DNA of 21,071 nt from Candidatus Bathyarchaeia archaeon (GTDB taxonomy: Archaea; Thermoproteota; Bathyarchaeia; Bathyarchaeales; Bathycorpusculaceae), in the NCBI GenBank assembly GCA_049970895.1, contig JBMFMB010000019.1, positions 1 to 21,071 of the forward strand. The letters are read 5' to 3'. Positions 7,860 to 17,007 of the stretch are shown one piece after another. The position numbers were made by a program, and so were the translations under genes. Within the stretch, counting starts at the first letter, position 1, and each line of letters begins with the position of its first letter. The notes under the pieces are model-generated. The model was given only the letters and a program-made list of their open reading frames with translations, was not told the origin of the DNA and made no database searches.

Positions 7860-10322
7860 TTAGTCATATTCGCTTATGAAACTTAATTCTGGGTATTGGG
7901 GCACTTGTTTACCAACGCCTTTTTCTGGTAAAATCTCCAGCCTCAAGATTTTGCATGTACCAGTAATATCTTTCTTGTTCTCTTCGAGGATTCTTGCATA
8001 GTCGTTGTTACCGGCGTAAATTTTAACCAGCTTTATTGGTGCATTTAGGGGCTTACGCTTTTCAGCCTTCTCTCTCCTAATTTCCGATATAATTGTTATT
8101 AGCAAGTCACCCTCTTTTTCAGCTCTCTCGTCAATCTTGCTCGCGTCTGCCTGTGGCCATTGAGTTTTGTGGATGCTTTTCTCGCCTATGTGTTCGGCGT
8201 ACATGTGCTGGTAGATTTCCTCTGTTATGTGGGGTGTTATGGGTGCCAACAACTGCAGTATGCGGTATAAAACCTTGTATAGCGTGTGTTGGGCAGCCCT
8301 TCTTTTGGCTTCGCCGTAAACTTCTGGCTTATAGAGGCGGTCTTTCACAGCCTCAATGTATTGGTCGCAGAAAACATGCCACGCGAAGTTGCGGACCTCT
8401 TCGAGGGCTATGTTGAACTGGCACTTTTCTAAAGCCTCCGTAACTCTCTGCGTTAGCCTTTCAGCCTTGCTTAAAATCCACCTGTCCAGCAGTTGAAGTT
8501 CATAATCGCCGTTTCCGGGCTTGTAGTCGGCGAGTTGGCTGCCAACGAAGCGGGCGGCGTTCCAAAGCTTTGTTAGGAAACGCCTACCATACTCCACATC
8601 AGGCCAACGGAATGGAATGTCTGAGCCTGTGGCTCCCCCTCCAGCAGCCCATTGCCTTGCGGCGTCGGCACCATACTTGTCAAGGACTTCTGGTGTCGCC
8701 ACATAGTTCTTTAGGGATTTGCTCATTTTTCTGCCGTCAGCGCCTAGCACCATGCCATTGATTAGGCAGCTTTTGTAGGGCTTCTCATCGAAAAGTGCCA
8801 AGTGCCTAACCATGAGGTAATAGGCCCATGTACGGATAATGTCCACGCCAGACGGATGCAAGTCAGCTGGGAAAAGCCTCCTCCAGTCTTTGCGGTCTGG
8901 CCAGCCCGCGTGTACCGCGCATGTTATGGAAGAGTCCATCCATGTGTCCAGCACATCAGTTTCTGGAACGAACTCGCTGCATCCGCATTTTGGGCAGGCG
9001 TCTATCCTTGGTTTTTCAAGTTTTGGGTCTATTGGAACCCAGCTTTCTTCGGCTAGGATAGTTTCTCCACACTTTTTGCAGTACCATATGGGTATGGGCG
9101 TTGCAAATATGCGTTGGCGGCTTATCACCCAGTCCCAGTCCAGCGAGCGCGCCCAGTCTATTAGGCGATACTTCATGTAATCCGGATGCCAGACAACCTC
9201 GTTGGCTTCCTTCTCCACATGGTCTGTTAGGATGCGGGTTTTCATAAACCACTGTTTTCGCTCCAAAATCTCTATGGGTGTATTGCACCTATCGCAGACA
9301 CCTATCTCCTGCCTTATTGGCTCAACCTTTTCCAAAAGCCCAGCAGCCTTCAGGTCTTTAACTATGGCTTCTTTGGCTTCCTCAACCGTTAAGCCCCTAT
9401 ATTTCCCGCCGTTCTCATTTATCAGCCCATTCTCCGTAAGAATTGTAATCACTGGCAGGTTATGCCGCTTAACTGTGCGGACATCCTCCTTGTCGCCATA
9501 AGTGCAAATCATGACAACACCGGTGCCAAAAGATGGCTCAACACCTTCGTCTGGAATTATTTCCACAACACGGTTAACTATTGGAACGGTTATTCGTTTT
9601 CCAATGTATTGTGTGTAGCGAGTGTCTGTGGGGTTTACGGCTACTGCCACACATGCTGGTATAAATTCTGGACGGGTTGTGGCTATTAGAAGGTGCCCAC
9701 TTCCATCTGCTAATGGAAAACGTATGTAGTGAAGTTTGCCCTCTCGCTCCTCATAATCCACTTCAGCATCCGCAATGGCAGTTTCACATCTTGGACACCA
9801 GTTAACGGGATGCGTTCCCTGATAAATGAAGCCTTTCCGGTACAATATTATGAAGCTCAGCTGGGTTTTCCGCCAATAATCCGGATCCATTGTCCGATAC
9901 TCTGTTGTCCAGTCAACACTGCACCCTAAGCGGATGATGCCCTCCTTCATCATGGCAATATATTTTTCAACAAGCTTCATGCACAAACTGCGAAACTTGT
10001 CCGGTGGAAGGTCTCGCTTACGAATGTTGTGCTCCTTCTCCACTTGCACTTCTATGCCCAAGCCATGGCAGTCCCAACCCTGAGGAAAATAGACATTGTA
10101 ACCCCTCATACGCTTGTATCTGGCAACAATGTCAAAGTAAGTCCAGTTTAGGACATTCCCCATGTGGAACTCGCCGGAAGGATAAGGCGGAGGCGTGTCA
10201 ATGCTGAAAACTGGGCGTTTATAATCTGTCCAGTCGAAGCGGTATATGCCCCAATCTTCCCAAAGCTTCTGCCACTTGCGCTCAATGGCTAATATGTCAA
10301 ACTCTTTGGGCAAAGGCTTCAT
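7860..10322 (-). CDS. valS: Valine--tRNA ligase (archaeal type)
   Basis: IDTPPPYPSG, HMGN (HIGH), GWDCHG, ATTRPE, GTGVVM, DWVISRQR, DTWMDS, KMSKS. Likely start is ATG 10322 (MKPLPKEF). Confidence 0.97.
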   Translation of the reverse strand: MKPLPKEFDILAIERKWQKLWEDWGIYRFDWTDYKRPVFSIDTPPPYPSGEFHMGNVLNWTYFDIVARYKRMRGYNVYFPQGWDCHGLGIEVQVEKEHNIRKRDLPPDKFRSLCMKLVEKYIAMMKEGIIRLGCSVDWTTEYRTMDPDYWRKTQLSFIILYRKGFIYQGTHPVNWCPRCETAIADAEVDYEEREGKLHYIRFPLADGSGHLLIATTRPEFIPACVAVAVNPTDTRYTQYIGKRITVPIVNRVVEIIPDEGVEPSFGTGVVMICTYGDKEDVRTVKRHNLPVITILTENGLINENGGKYRGLTVEEAKEAIVKDLKAAGLLEKVEPIRQEIGVCDRCNTPIEILERKQWFMKTRILTDHVEKEANEVVWHPDYMKYRLIDWARSLDWDWVISRQRIFATPIPIWYCKKCGETILAEESWVPIDPKLEKPRIDACPKCGCSEFVPETDVLDTWMDSSITCAVHAGWPDRKDWRRLFPADLHPSGVDIIRTWAYYLMVRHLALFDEKPYKSCLINGMVLGADGRKMSKSLKNYVATPEVLDKYGADAARQWAAGGGATGSDIPFRWPDVEYGRRFLTKLWNAARFVGSQLADYKPGNGDYELQLLDRWILSKAERLTQRVTEALEKCQFNIALEEVRNFAWHVFCDQYIEAVKDRLYKPEVYGEAKRRAAQHTLYKVLYRILQLLAPITPHITEEIYQHMYAEHIGEKSIHKTQWPQADASKIDERAEKEGDLLITIISEIRREKAEKRKPLNAPIKLVKIYAGNNDYARILEENKKDITGTCKILRLEILPEKGVGKQVPQYPELSFISEYD

Positions 10323-10352
10323 ACAGCAACATCCTAACAAACTTCGACTTTA

Positions 10353-10368
10353 GGAAAGATAAATATAC
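10353..10368 (+). promoter_or_regulatory. Putative BRE/TATA promoter for the riboswitch-thiC transcript, possibly shared with divergent valS
   Basis: GGAAAG-ATAAATATA about 20-25 nt upstream of the aptamer 5' end; only 61 bp separate the valS ATG from the aptamer. Confidence 0.5.
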
Positions 10369-10383
10369 AAGTACATAACAATT

Positions 10384-10495
10384 ACTCCGCCTAAGGGTTT
10401 GGGGGAGCTGGGCGGTGACCCGGCTGAGAGGACCGCTGAGCGTGGTCGACCCCTAGAACCTGATCCGGGTAATGCCGGCGGAGGGAAAATGGAGT
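10384..10495 (+). promoter_or_regulatory. TPP (THI-box) riboswitch aptamer
   Basis: GGGG-AGC, P3 GCTGGG/CCCGGC, conserved CTGAGA (10424-10429), extra GACC/GGTC stem, ACCCC-TAGAACCTGAT-CCGG-GTAATG-CCGG-CGGAGGGA; closing ACTCCG/TGGAGT. Directly upstream of thiC. Confidence 0.95.
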
Positions 10496-10564
10496 GAACA
10501 GAAGTGCCTTCAAACTTCTCTAAAAAATCGATAACATACTATTCCAGTTCTTGGAGGTTTTGGT

Positions 10565-11866
10565 TTGACAACACAAATGGAGGCAGCTAAGAGAGGGCAG
10601 ATAACCGAGGAAATGCGCATAGTCGCCAAAGACGAGGGCGAATCACCTCAAGCTCTTTGCCAGCGCATAGCAGAGGGTACAGTCATAATAACCCGCAACA
10701 TTAAGCGGGAAAACGTTCAGCCAGTTGGGATTGGCAAAGGATTGCGGACAAAGGTTAACGCTAACATTGGCACAAGTCCAGATTTATGCGATTTAAAATT
10801 GGAGATTGAAAAGGCGAGGGTTGCCGTCAAATATGGGGCGGACACAATTATGGATTTAAGCATTGCCGGCGACTTGGATGAAATAAGAAGGTCTATAATT
10901 AGGGCTGTGAATGTGCCCATTGGAACGGTTCCAATTTATCAGGCAGCCATAGAAGTTGCAAAGAAGAAGGGCGCAATAATCCACATGACAGAGGACGACA
11001 TATTCAATATTATTGAGAAACATGCGAAAGATGGTGTTGACTTCATGACCGTCCATTGTGGCGTTACACGGCAGATAGTCGAGAAATTGGCAAGGCATCC
11101 TAGGCTCATGGGGGTTGTAAGCCGTGGAGGAACATTCTTGGCGGCATGGATACTCTATCACAAGAAGGAAAATCCACTTTACGCCAACTACGACTATCTT
11201 CTGGAAATAGCCAAAAAATACGATGTGGCGTTAAGCCTTGGAGACGGCTTAAGACCAGGCTGCATATTCGACTCAACAGACTGGGCTCAAATCCAAGAGC
11301 TACTCACCATAGGGGAACTTGTGGAAAGAACCAGAGCCGCCAACGTGCAAGTCATGGTTGAGGGACCTGGACACTTGCCATTAAACGATGTGGTTGCAAA
11401 CGTTCAGCTTGAAAAATCCATATGCAAGGATGCCCCATTCTACGTGCTCGGACCTGTTGTCACTGAAATTGCTCCAGGATACGACCACATTGTTGGAGCT
11501 ATAGGCGGAGCATTAGCTGGTTTAGCAGGCGCCGATTTTCTGTGCTATCTGACGCCAGCGGAGCATTTGGGCTTGCCAAGCTTGGAGGATGTTAAGGAAG
11601 GTGTAATAGCCACGAGGATTGCCGCCCACGCGGCGGATATTGCAAAGCTTGGAGTCAAAGCAGCTTCACGGGATTTAGCAATGGCGAAGGCTAGGGCAAG
11701 CCTAAACTGGAAGGAGCAGTTTGAAAACGCCATCGACCCGGACAAGGCCAGGAAAATTCACGGGCGGATAAAGCTGAAAAGCCCAGAGACATGCTCCATG
11801 TGCTCTGAATACTGCGCTATAAAAATTTTAAGAGAAGCCTTAAAAGCGGAGGGGCAGTGTCTATGA
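10565..11866 (+). CDS. thiC: Phosphomethylpyrimidine synthase
   Basis: [53 protein letters not shown]-terminal CSMCSEYC Fe-S motif. GGAGG at 10553-10557 before TTG. Confidence 0.96.
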   Translation: MTTQMEAAKRGQITEEMRIVAKDEGESPQALCQRIAEGTVIITRNIKRENVQPVGIGKGLRTKVNANIGTSPDLCDLKLEIEKARVAVKYGADTIMDLSIAGDLDEIRRSIIRAVNVPIGTVPIYQAAIEVAKKKGAIIHMTEDDIFNIIEKHAKDGVDFMTVHCGVTRQIVEKLARHPRLMGVVSRGGTFLAAWILYHKKENPLYANYDYLLEIAKKYDVALSLGDGLRPGCIFDSTDWAQIQELLTIGELVERTRAANVQVMVEGPGHLPLNDVVANVQLEKSICKDAPFYVLGPVVTEIAPGYDHIVGAIGGALAGLAGADFLCYLTPAEHLGLPSLEDVKEGVIATRIAAHAADIAKLGVKAASRDLAMAKARASLNWKEQFENAIDPDKARKIHGRIKLKSPETCSMCSEYCAIKILREALKAEGQCL

Positions 11867-13224
11867 AAAGCCAAATCCCAGTGGCAATAACAATTGCTGG
11901 GAGCGACTCCGGTGGCGGAGCTGGAATCCAAGCAGACTTAAAAACTTTTGCAGCTTTGGGCGTTCACGGAACTGTTGCCGTAACGTCTGTTACAGCCCAA
12001 AACACTTACGATGTTAGGGCTATTCAAGACTTAACACCGGAAATTGTCAGCGAGCAGATTAGGGCTGTCGCTGAGGATTTCGGCATTGACGCTGGAAAAA
12101 CGGGTATGCTCCACACAGAGGAAATCATAAAAGCTGTGGCTTCAGAAGTTTCCAAATACAATTTTCCACTGGTTGTAGACCCAGTGATGGTGGCGAAGTC
12201 TGGGGCACCTCTACTAAAGCCTGAAGCCATAAACGCCCTAAAGAAACACTTGCTTCCTTTAGCCACGGTTGTGACTCCTAATAAGTTTGAGGCTGAGAGG
12301 CTTTCAAGCGTGAAGATAAAGAGCCTTAAGGAAGTTGAAGTTGCAGCCGAAGAGATTTCTAAGATGGGACCTAAAGCCGTTGTGGTTAAGGGCGGACATT
12401 TGGAAGGCGTGGAAGTAACAGACATTCTCTATTATAAAGGAAAGTTTTGGCGGTTCACATCTCCAAGGTTGGATGCGAAAACCATACATGGGACTGGATG
12501 CAGTTTTTCGGCAGCAATAGCTGCTGGACTCGCCAGGAAAATGGATGTCCCGGAGGCTGTTAAAAACGCCAAAAATTTTGTAGCCTCGAGCATAAAGTTT
12601 GGCTTGAAAATTGGGAAGGGTTACGGTCCAGTTAATCCTATGGCTCACCTTTACCGCGAAACCTCAAGGTACGAGGTTTTGTTGAATTTGGAGGAAGCCA
12701 AAAACCTTTTAGAAATGCATCCGGAGGTTGCAGCCCTCATCCCAGAGGTGGGCATGAATATTGCCATGGCTGCTAGATATGCTGAAGGTATAGGCGATGT
12801 TGCAGCCATAGATGGAAGAATTGTCAAAACGTTAAGAGGTGTTAAAGCTGCTGGAAATCCAAAGTTTGGGTGTTCCCATCACCTAGCCAAGTACTTGGTT
12901 GAAGTTGTTAGACATGACGAGGATAAGAGGGCGGCAATAAACATAAAATTCTCAGAAGAAACGCTAAAAATTTTGGAGAGCCGTGGCTTAACCATCTCCT
13001 TCTACGACCGTACAAAAGAACCAGAGGAAATAAAAAGGGTTGAGGGGATGACCATACCTTGGGGCGTGAAGGAAGCCATAAAGAATGTTGGAAAAGTGCC
13101 TGACGTGATTTACCACAAGGGCGATTTAGGTAAGGAACCCATGATTGTTGTTTTTGGAGGAGACGCGGTTTCTTTAGCGAAGCTCGCAATAGAAATTGCC
13201 GGAGGGAGAAAAAGCGATGTTTAA
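11863..13224 (+). CDS. thiDN: Bifunctional HMP/HMP-P kinase (ThiD) fused to archaeal thiamine-phosphate synthase (ThiN)
   Basis: [40 protein letters not shown], followed by ThiN motifs [33 protein letters not shown] overlap with the thiC stop. Confidence 0.94.
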   Translation: MKSQIPVAITIAGSDSGGGAGIQADLKTFAALGVHGTVAVTSVTAQNTYDVRAIQDLTPEIVSEQIRAVAEDFGIDAGKTGMLHTEEIIKAVASEVSKYNFPLVVDPVMVAKSGAPLLKPEAINALKKHLLPLATVVTPNKFEAERLSSVKIKSLKEVEVAAEEISKMGPKAVVVKGGHLEGVEVTDILYYKGKFWRFTSPRLDAKTIHGTGCSFSAAIAAGLARKMDVPEAVKNAKNFVASSIKFGLKIGKGYGPVNPMAHLYRETSRYEVLLNLEEAKNLLEMHPEVAALIPEVGMNIAMAARYAEGIGDVAAIDGRIVKTLRGVKAAGNPKFGCSHHLAKYLVEVVRHDEDKRAAINIKFSEETLKILESRGLTISFYDRTKEPEEIKRVEGMTIPWGVKEAIKNVGKVPDVIYHKGDLGKEPMIVVFGGDAVSLAKLAIEIAGGRKSDV

Positions 13225-13447
13225 GTTATATTTGGCGTTTAAGCCAGTTTCTAGCCCATTTCTGCAAGCACTCTTCAGAGCAGAAAACGTAAAGCTTATT
13301 CACACAACATGTTTTCCGCACGACGGGTTTTCCAGTTATGATTTTTCCACAGACTTGACATCGCATGCTAGGCTACCTAATGAGAAAATGGTTTTAAGCA
13401 GTATAAAGCCTTTCCTAAAGGCTGGAGGCAGAATAGGATATGGCTGA
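13217..13447 (+). CDS. Hypothetical 76-aa ORF or gene relic between thiDN and thi4
   Basis: GGAGGGAG upstream of ATG13217; overlaps the thiDN stop and the thi4 start by 8 nt each. No recognisable motif. Confidence 0.3.
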   Translation: MFKLYLAFKPVSSPFLQALFRAENVKLIHTTCFPHDGFSSYDFSTDLTSHARLPNEKMVLSSIKPFLKAGGRIGYG

Positions 13448-14237
13448 GGAAATTAGAGAAGTTGAGGAAGAAGACATAACAAGGGCAATAATTCAGAAGG
13501 CCATGGAAGACTGGATAAAACTAGCGGAAACAGATGTTGTGGTTGTTGGAGCCGGCCCCTCTGGCTTGACTGCGGCTAGACACTTGGCTAAGGCTGGACT
13601 AAAAACAGTTGTTTTCGAAAGAAAGCTCTCCTTTGGTGGTGGGATAGGTGGTGGAGGCATGCAGTTCCATAAAATTGTTGTGCAGTCGCCAGCAGACAAA
13701 ATTCTTCGAGACGTGGGCTGCAAGATTGAGCCCTTTGAGAAGGGGCTTTTCATTGTGGACACGGCTGATATGATGGCTAAGCTGGCTTGTGGAGCTATAG
13801 ATGCTGGAGCAAAAATAATTTTGGGCGTGACGGTTGACGACCTCATATACCGCGATTCGCCTGCAAGAATTGTAGGCGTTGTTGTGCAGTGGACATCCGT
13901 CATAATGGCTGGAATCCACGTTGACCCATTAGCGGTTAAGGCAAAGGCTGTCATTGACTGCACTGGTCATGATGCAGAAGTTCTAGCAGTGGCTTCAAGA
14001 AAAATTCCAGAGCTTGGAATAGCTGTTCAAGGCGAAAAATCTATGTGGTCCTCTCGAGCCGAAAAGCTAACGGTAAAAAATACTAGGGAAATCTGCCCTG
14101 GACTTTTTGCTGCCGGCATGGCTGTCGCCGCCGTAGACCAGGCTCCACGAATGGGCCCGATTTTTGGCGGCATGCTGCTCAGCGGCGAAAAAGTTGCAAA
14201 ATTAGTCATTGAGAAGCTTAAGGGCAAGGGCGCCTAA
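13440..14237 (+). CDS. thi4: Sulfide-dependent adenosine diphosphate thiazole synthase (non-Cys Thi4)
   Basis: [24 protein letters not shown] (His at the position of the suicide Cys), [20 protein letters not shown]. Confidence 0.95.
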   Translation: MAEEIREVEEEDITRAIIQKAMEDWIKLAETDVVVVGAGPSGLTAARHLAKAGLKTVVFERKLSFGGGIGGGGMQFHKIVVQSPADKILRDVGCKIEPFEKGLFIVDTADMMAKLACGAIDAGAKIILGVTVDDLIYRDSPARIVGVVVQWTSVIMAGIHVDPLAVKAKAVIDCTGHDAEVLAVASRKIPELGIAVQGEKSMWSSRAEKLTVKNTREICPGLFAAGMAVAAVDQAPRMGPIFGGMLLSGEKVAKLVIEKLKGKGA

Positions 14238-14242
14238 TATTC

Positions 14243-14374
14243 ATGGATTTTTGCGGCATTTGTAAAAGAAAAATTGCAAAATATACTTGCCGAAGATGTG
14301 GCAGACAGGTTTGCAGAGACTGCTATTTCCATCATGGAATTTGCGTTGAATGTGCCGAACTTCTAGGAAAGTAG
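14243..14374 (+). CDS. 43-aa zinc-finger microprotein (four CxxC, zf-HIT-like), absent from the ORF track
   Basis: MDFCGICKRKIAKYTCRRCGRQVCRDCYFHHGICVECAELLGK*. Starts 5 nt after the thi4 stop; overlaps the fdhD 3' end by 12 nt. Confidence 0.8.
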   Translation: MDFCGICKRKIAKYTCRRCGRQVCRDCYFHHGICVECAELLGK

Positions 14375-15139
14375 TATCCTTCCCGGGGCATTGTAAACGT
14401 TCATACGTTTACCACGAACAAAACCTATCAGCGTGATGTTCGCCTTTCTCGCGATTTCTATACCATAATCTAGAGCGGCGGCTATTGAGGCGATTATGGG
14501 TATGCCAACCCTCGCAGCTTTTAGCACTATGTCGGCTGTTAATCTGCCGCTTAAAGCCAGAAAACATTCACCGAAAGGCATCTTTTTTAGGGCGCATTTC
14601 CCAATAGCTTTGTCCACGGCGTTATGGCGTCCAACATCCTCAGCGAAAGCCACAAAAGAACTATCAGCCTTGTAAACTGCGGCGGCGTGCACTCCACCAG
14701 TTTTCCTGAAAGTTTCCGCCAGTCGATTTAGGCTGTTTACGCAATTTTGGATGGTTTCAGCCTTGACGGTTGTTCTTGAGCTGACTTTCCCGATCGTTTT
14801 TAAAATTTGGGGTTGGTAGGTTCCTCCACAAGCTGAGGGGATTATTCGGGAGAAAAGTTGCACAAGTTTTAGGCGGGATTCAAGGTTTACGTTTGGCTTT
14901 AATTTTATGTGGCATAGGCTGTTCTCTTTGACTGTTATTTTTTCTATTTCTTCAGCCGCCTTCACTATCCCTTCCGTTAGGAGATGCCCAATAGCCAACT
15001 CTTCAAGGTCTTTTGGCGTGCACATTATTGTGGCATAATGCCTTCTGTTTATGACTATGGTGAGGGGTTTCTCTTCAGCCACATAGTCCTCGGCTTTTTG
15101 GGCTTTTTTGGCTACGGTGTCAATTTTAACTATCTCCAC
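14363..15139 (-). CDS. fdhD: Formate dehydrogenase accessory sulfurtransferase
   Basis: EEKPL, MCTPKDLEELAIGHL, SACG, TGGVHAA, EDVGRHNAVDKAIG, SGRLT, LIGFVRG. Confidence 0.93.
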   Translation of the reverse strand: MEIVKIDTVAKKAQKAEDYVAEEKPLTIVINRRHYATIMCTPKDLEELAIGHLLTEGIVKAAEEIEKITVKENSLCHIKLKPNVNLESRLKLVQLFSRIIPSACGGTYQPQILKTIGKVSSRTTVKAETIQNCVNSLNRLAETFRKTGGVHAAAVYKADSSFVAFAEDVGRHNAVDKAIGKCALKKMPFGECFLALSGRLTADIVLKAARVGIPIIASIAAALDYGIEIARKANITLIGFVRGKRMNVYNAPGRILLS

Positions 15140-15162
15140 CTTTGCTAAATTGGATACCCCCT

Positions 15163-16041
15163 CTATTTTTTCAATTCTGAAAGCACAAAGTCAACTATTG
15201 CGTCGGCAATGTTAATCCGAGTGACGGATTGTAAGCCACGCCATCCAGGCTGGCTGTTAACCTCAACTATCAATGGTCCTCTTGGGCTTTCCAGCATATC
15301 CACACCTGCAATCTTACATTTTATTAGTTGGGCGGATTTTACGGCTAACTCTTCCAGTTGGCTGTCCAGCTTTATTGGTTCTGGGCGGGCTCCTTGGCTA
15401 TAGTTGGTTTTCCAGCTTTGGGCAACGCGGCGCATGGCGGCAACAACACGGTCACCAACAACAAACGCTCTAATGTCTGAACAACCATGGGGAACAAACT
15501 CTTGAATGTAGATTACGCCATGATAGAAGGTTATAGCCCTAAAGGCTGTATAAGCCACTTCAGGGTCTGTTATGCGTGTTGAGCCAATCCCCCTAGAGCC
15601 GAAAATGGGCTTTACAACCACGTCTCCGCCAAGCTCATGAAAAGCCTTTAACGCTTCGTCAGCATTTTCCGTGACAGCGGTTCTTGGCACCGGCATGCCA
15701 GCGTCTTCCAGAATCGCCAACAAATCGTACTTGTCAACACAGTGTTCAATGGCTTCTGGCGGATTAATAACATAAAAGCCGAGCCTTTCAAGCCTATAAA
15801 GCAAGTCCATACGGAAAACAATCTCCTCCAAAGAGCCCCGCCCAATTGGGCGGATTATTAGGGCATCTAAATCCTTTAGGATGTCGACGTTCCTGACGTT
15901 TAAGTATGGCTTATATCCAACACGGGCAACAAGCCATGGAAAACTAAAGCAAACATGAGGTATTCCACGCCTAGACAGTGCCTCACGAAGCTGAGTCGAA
16001 CTATAAGCATTCGAGTTTCGCGTAACAATTCCAAACTTCAA
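15163..16041 (-). CDS. RimK-family ATP-grasp alpha-L-glutamate ligase (tetrahydromethanopterin glutamate ligase/MptN-like)
   Basis: RPIGRGSLEEIVFRMD, VVKPIFGSRG, QEFV, DIRAFVVG, WKTNYSQG, GVD, EVNSQPGW. Likely start is TTG 16041 (MKFGIVTRN). Confidence 0.88.
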   Translation of the reverse strand: MKFGIVTRNSNAYSSTQLREALSRRGIPHVCFSFPWLVARVGYKPYLNVRNVDILKDLDALIIRPIGRGSLEEIVFRMDLLYRLERLGFYVINPPEAIEHCVDKYDLLAILEDAGMPVPRTAVTENADEALKAFHELGGDVVVKPIFGSRGIGSTRITDPEVAYTAFRAITFYHGVIYIQEFVPHGCSDIRAFVVGDRVVAAMRRVAQSWKTNYSQGARPEPIKLDSQLEELAVKSAQLIKCKIAGVDMLESPRGPLIVEVNSQPGWRGLQSVTRINIADAIVDFVLSELKK

Positions 16042-16226
16042 ATTGACCGCCTTTAACAGCCTACTAAAACGAGAAAAGCTCCACACAGAACTTTAAAGTT
16101 TCCCATAAGAGCTGTTTGCTCATTTGCGCGCATGAAGCCTATGCCCACCATTTCTTATGTAGATATGCTTCCGACTTTAATGTCTCCTAACGGAAAGTTT
16201 GCGGCTTAGCAAATGCAACCATTCTT

Positions 16227-17006
16227 TTATCTAGTGCTTAACAGGGTGGCGATATTTCTAACTAGTGTTGGTGTTTTTCTGTAGATTTTATTTTTCCTAA
16301 AGATGTCATGTTTGGGGATGTCGTCTACAAAGCTTTTATGCAGTATTGGGTTGTCGGAAACTATGTGGAGTGAGGAAGCCTTGAAGCCAGCCCTTTTAGC
16401 TTCCCGATATAGGTGGAAGATTTCCATATCAACCCCTAAAAAGTTCATCCGCTCAGCATAGGCATAAAATTTTGAATTTTCGCTGGTTATTGCGTCAATA
16501 GTGCAAATTGTCCCCTCATGAAGGGAAACCCCGTTTTTTATGCAAAAGTCTTTCAGCAAGTTTTTATAGATGGAATATAGCTCCTCTGAGTGTTTTACTG
16601 CTGCATTCATGTTTTTGGCATATGCTTGGATGGCTTGGACTGGCACTATTATGTCGCCTATCTGAACCTCCCTTTTTAAGGCTCCAGCTAACCCAATCCC
16701 TACAATTTTTTCGCATGAAAATTTTGTTAAAAGCCTAACAATGTCGACAACTTCTGAAGAGCCAGCACCAGCCGCAATCACAGTAGCATATGAACCATCA
16801 CATTTTATGACTGCAAGGTCCCACCAGCCTCGGCTCCTCTTGACCACAAATTTTTGCCTACCCATCTTTTTAAAAAGCCAATGAATGCCAAGAGTTAAAA
16901 ACACGGTTTCCTTCATGTCTTCTGGCATGCATCCAAAGAACACTCTAGCCAGCTTATCAGAACCATAATCCATAACCACACTCATTTTAACCAACACTTC
17001 CAACAT
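16227..17006 (-). CDS. Divergent nucleoside phosphorylase (PNP/UDP family)
   Basis: GAGSS, GIGLAGAL, IGDIIVP, GTICTID, LGVDME, IVSDNP motifs. Start uncertain. Confidence 0.8.
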   Translation of the reverse strand: MLEVLVKMSVVMDYGSDKLARVFFGCMPEDMKETVFLTLGIHWLFKKMGRQKFVVKRSRGWWDLAVIKCDGSYATVIAAGAGSSEVVDIVRLLTKFSCEKIVGIGLAGALKREVQIGDIIVPVQAIQAYAKNMNAAVKHSEELYSIYKNLLKDFCIKNGVSLHEGTICTIDAITSENSKFYAYAERMNFLGVDMEIFHLYREAKRAGFKASSLHIVSDNPILHKSFVDDIPKHDIFRKNKIYRKTPTLVRNIATLLSTR

Positions 17007-17007
17007 G

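Noticed and set aside
10496-10560. Intrinsic terminator as the riboswitch platform
   Set aside because: The hairpin at 10500-10519 is followed by an A-tract, not a U-tract.
10565-11866. BzaA/B/F (benzimidazole synthase) instead of ThiC
   Set aside because: The TPP riboswitch and thiDN/thi4 context support ThiC.
14262-14302. KEKLQNILAEDV frame resembling the NadC N-terminus
   Set aside because: The alternative frame gives a complete 8-Cys zinc-finger ORF with start and stop, which is far more convincing.
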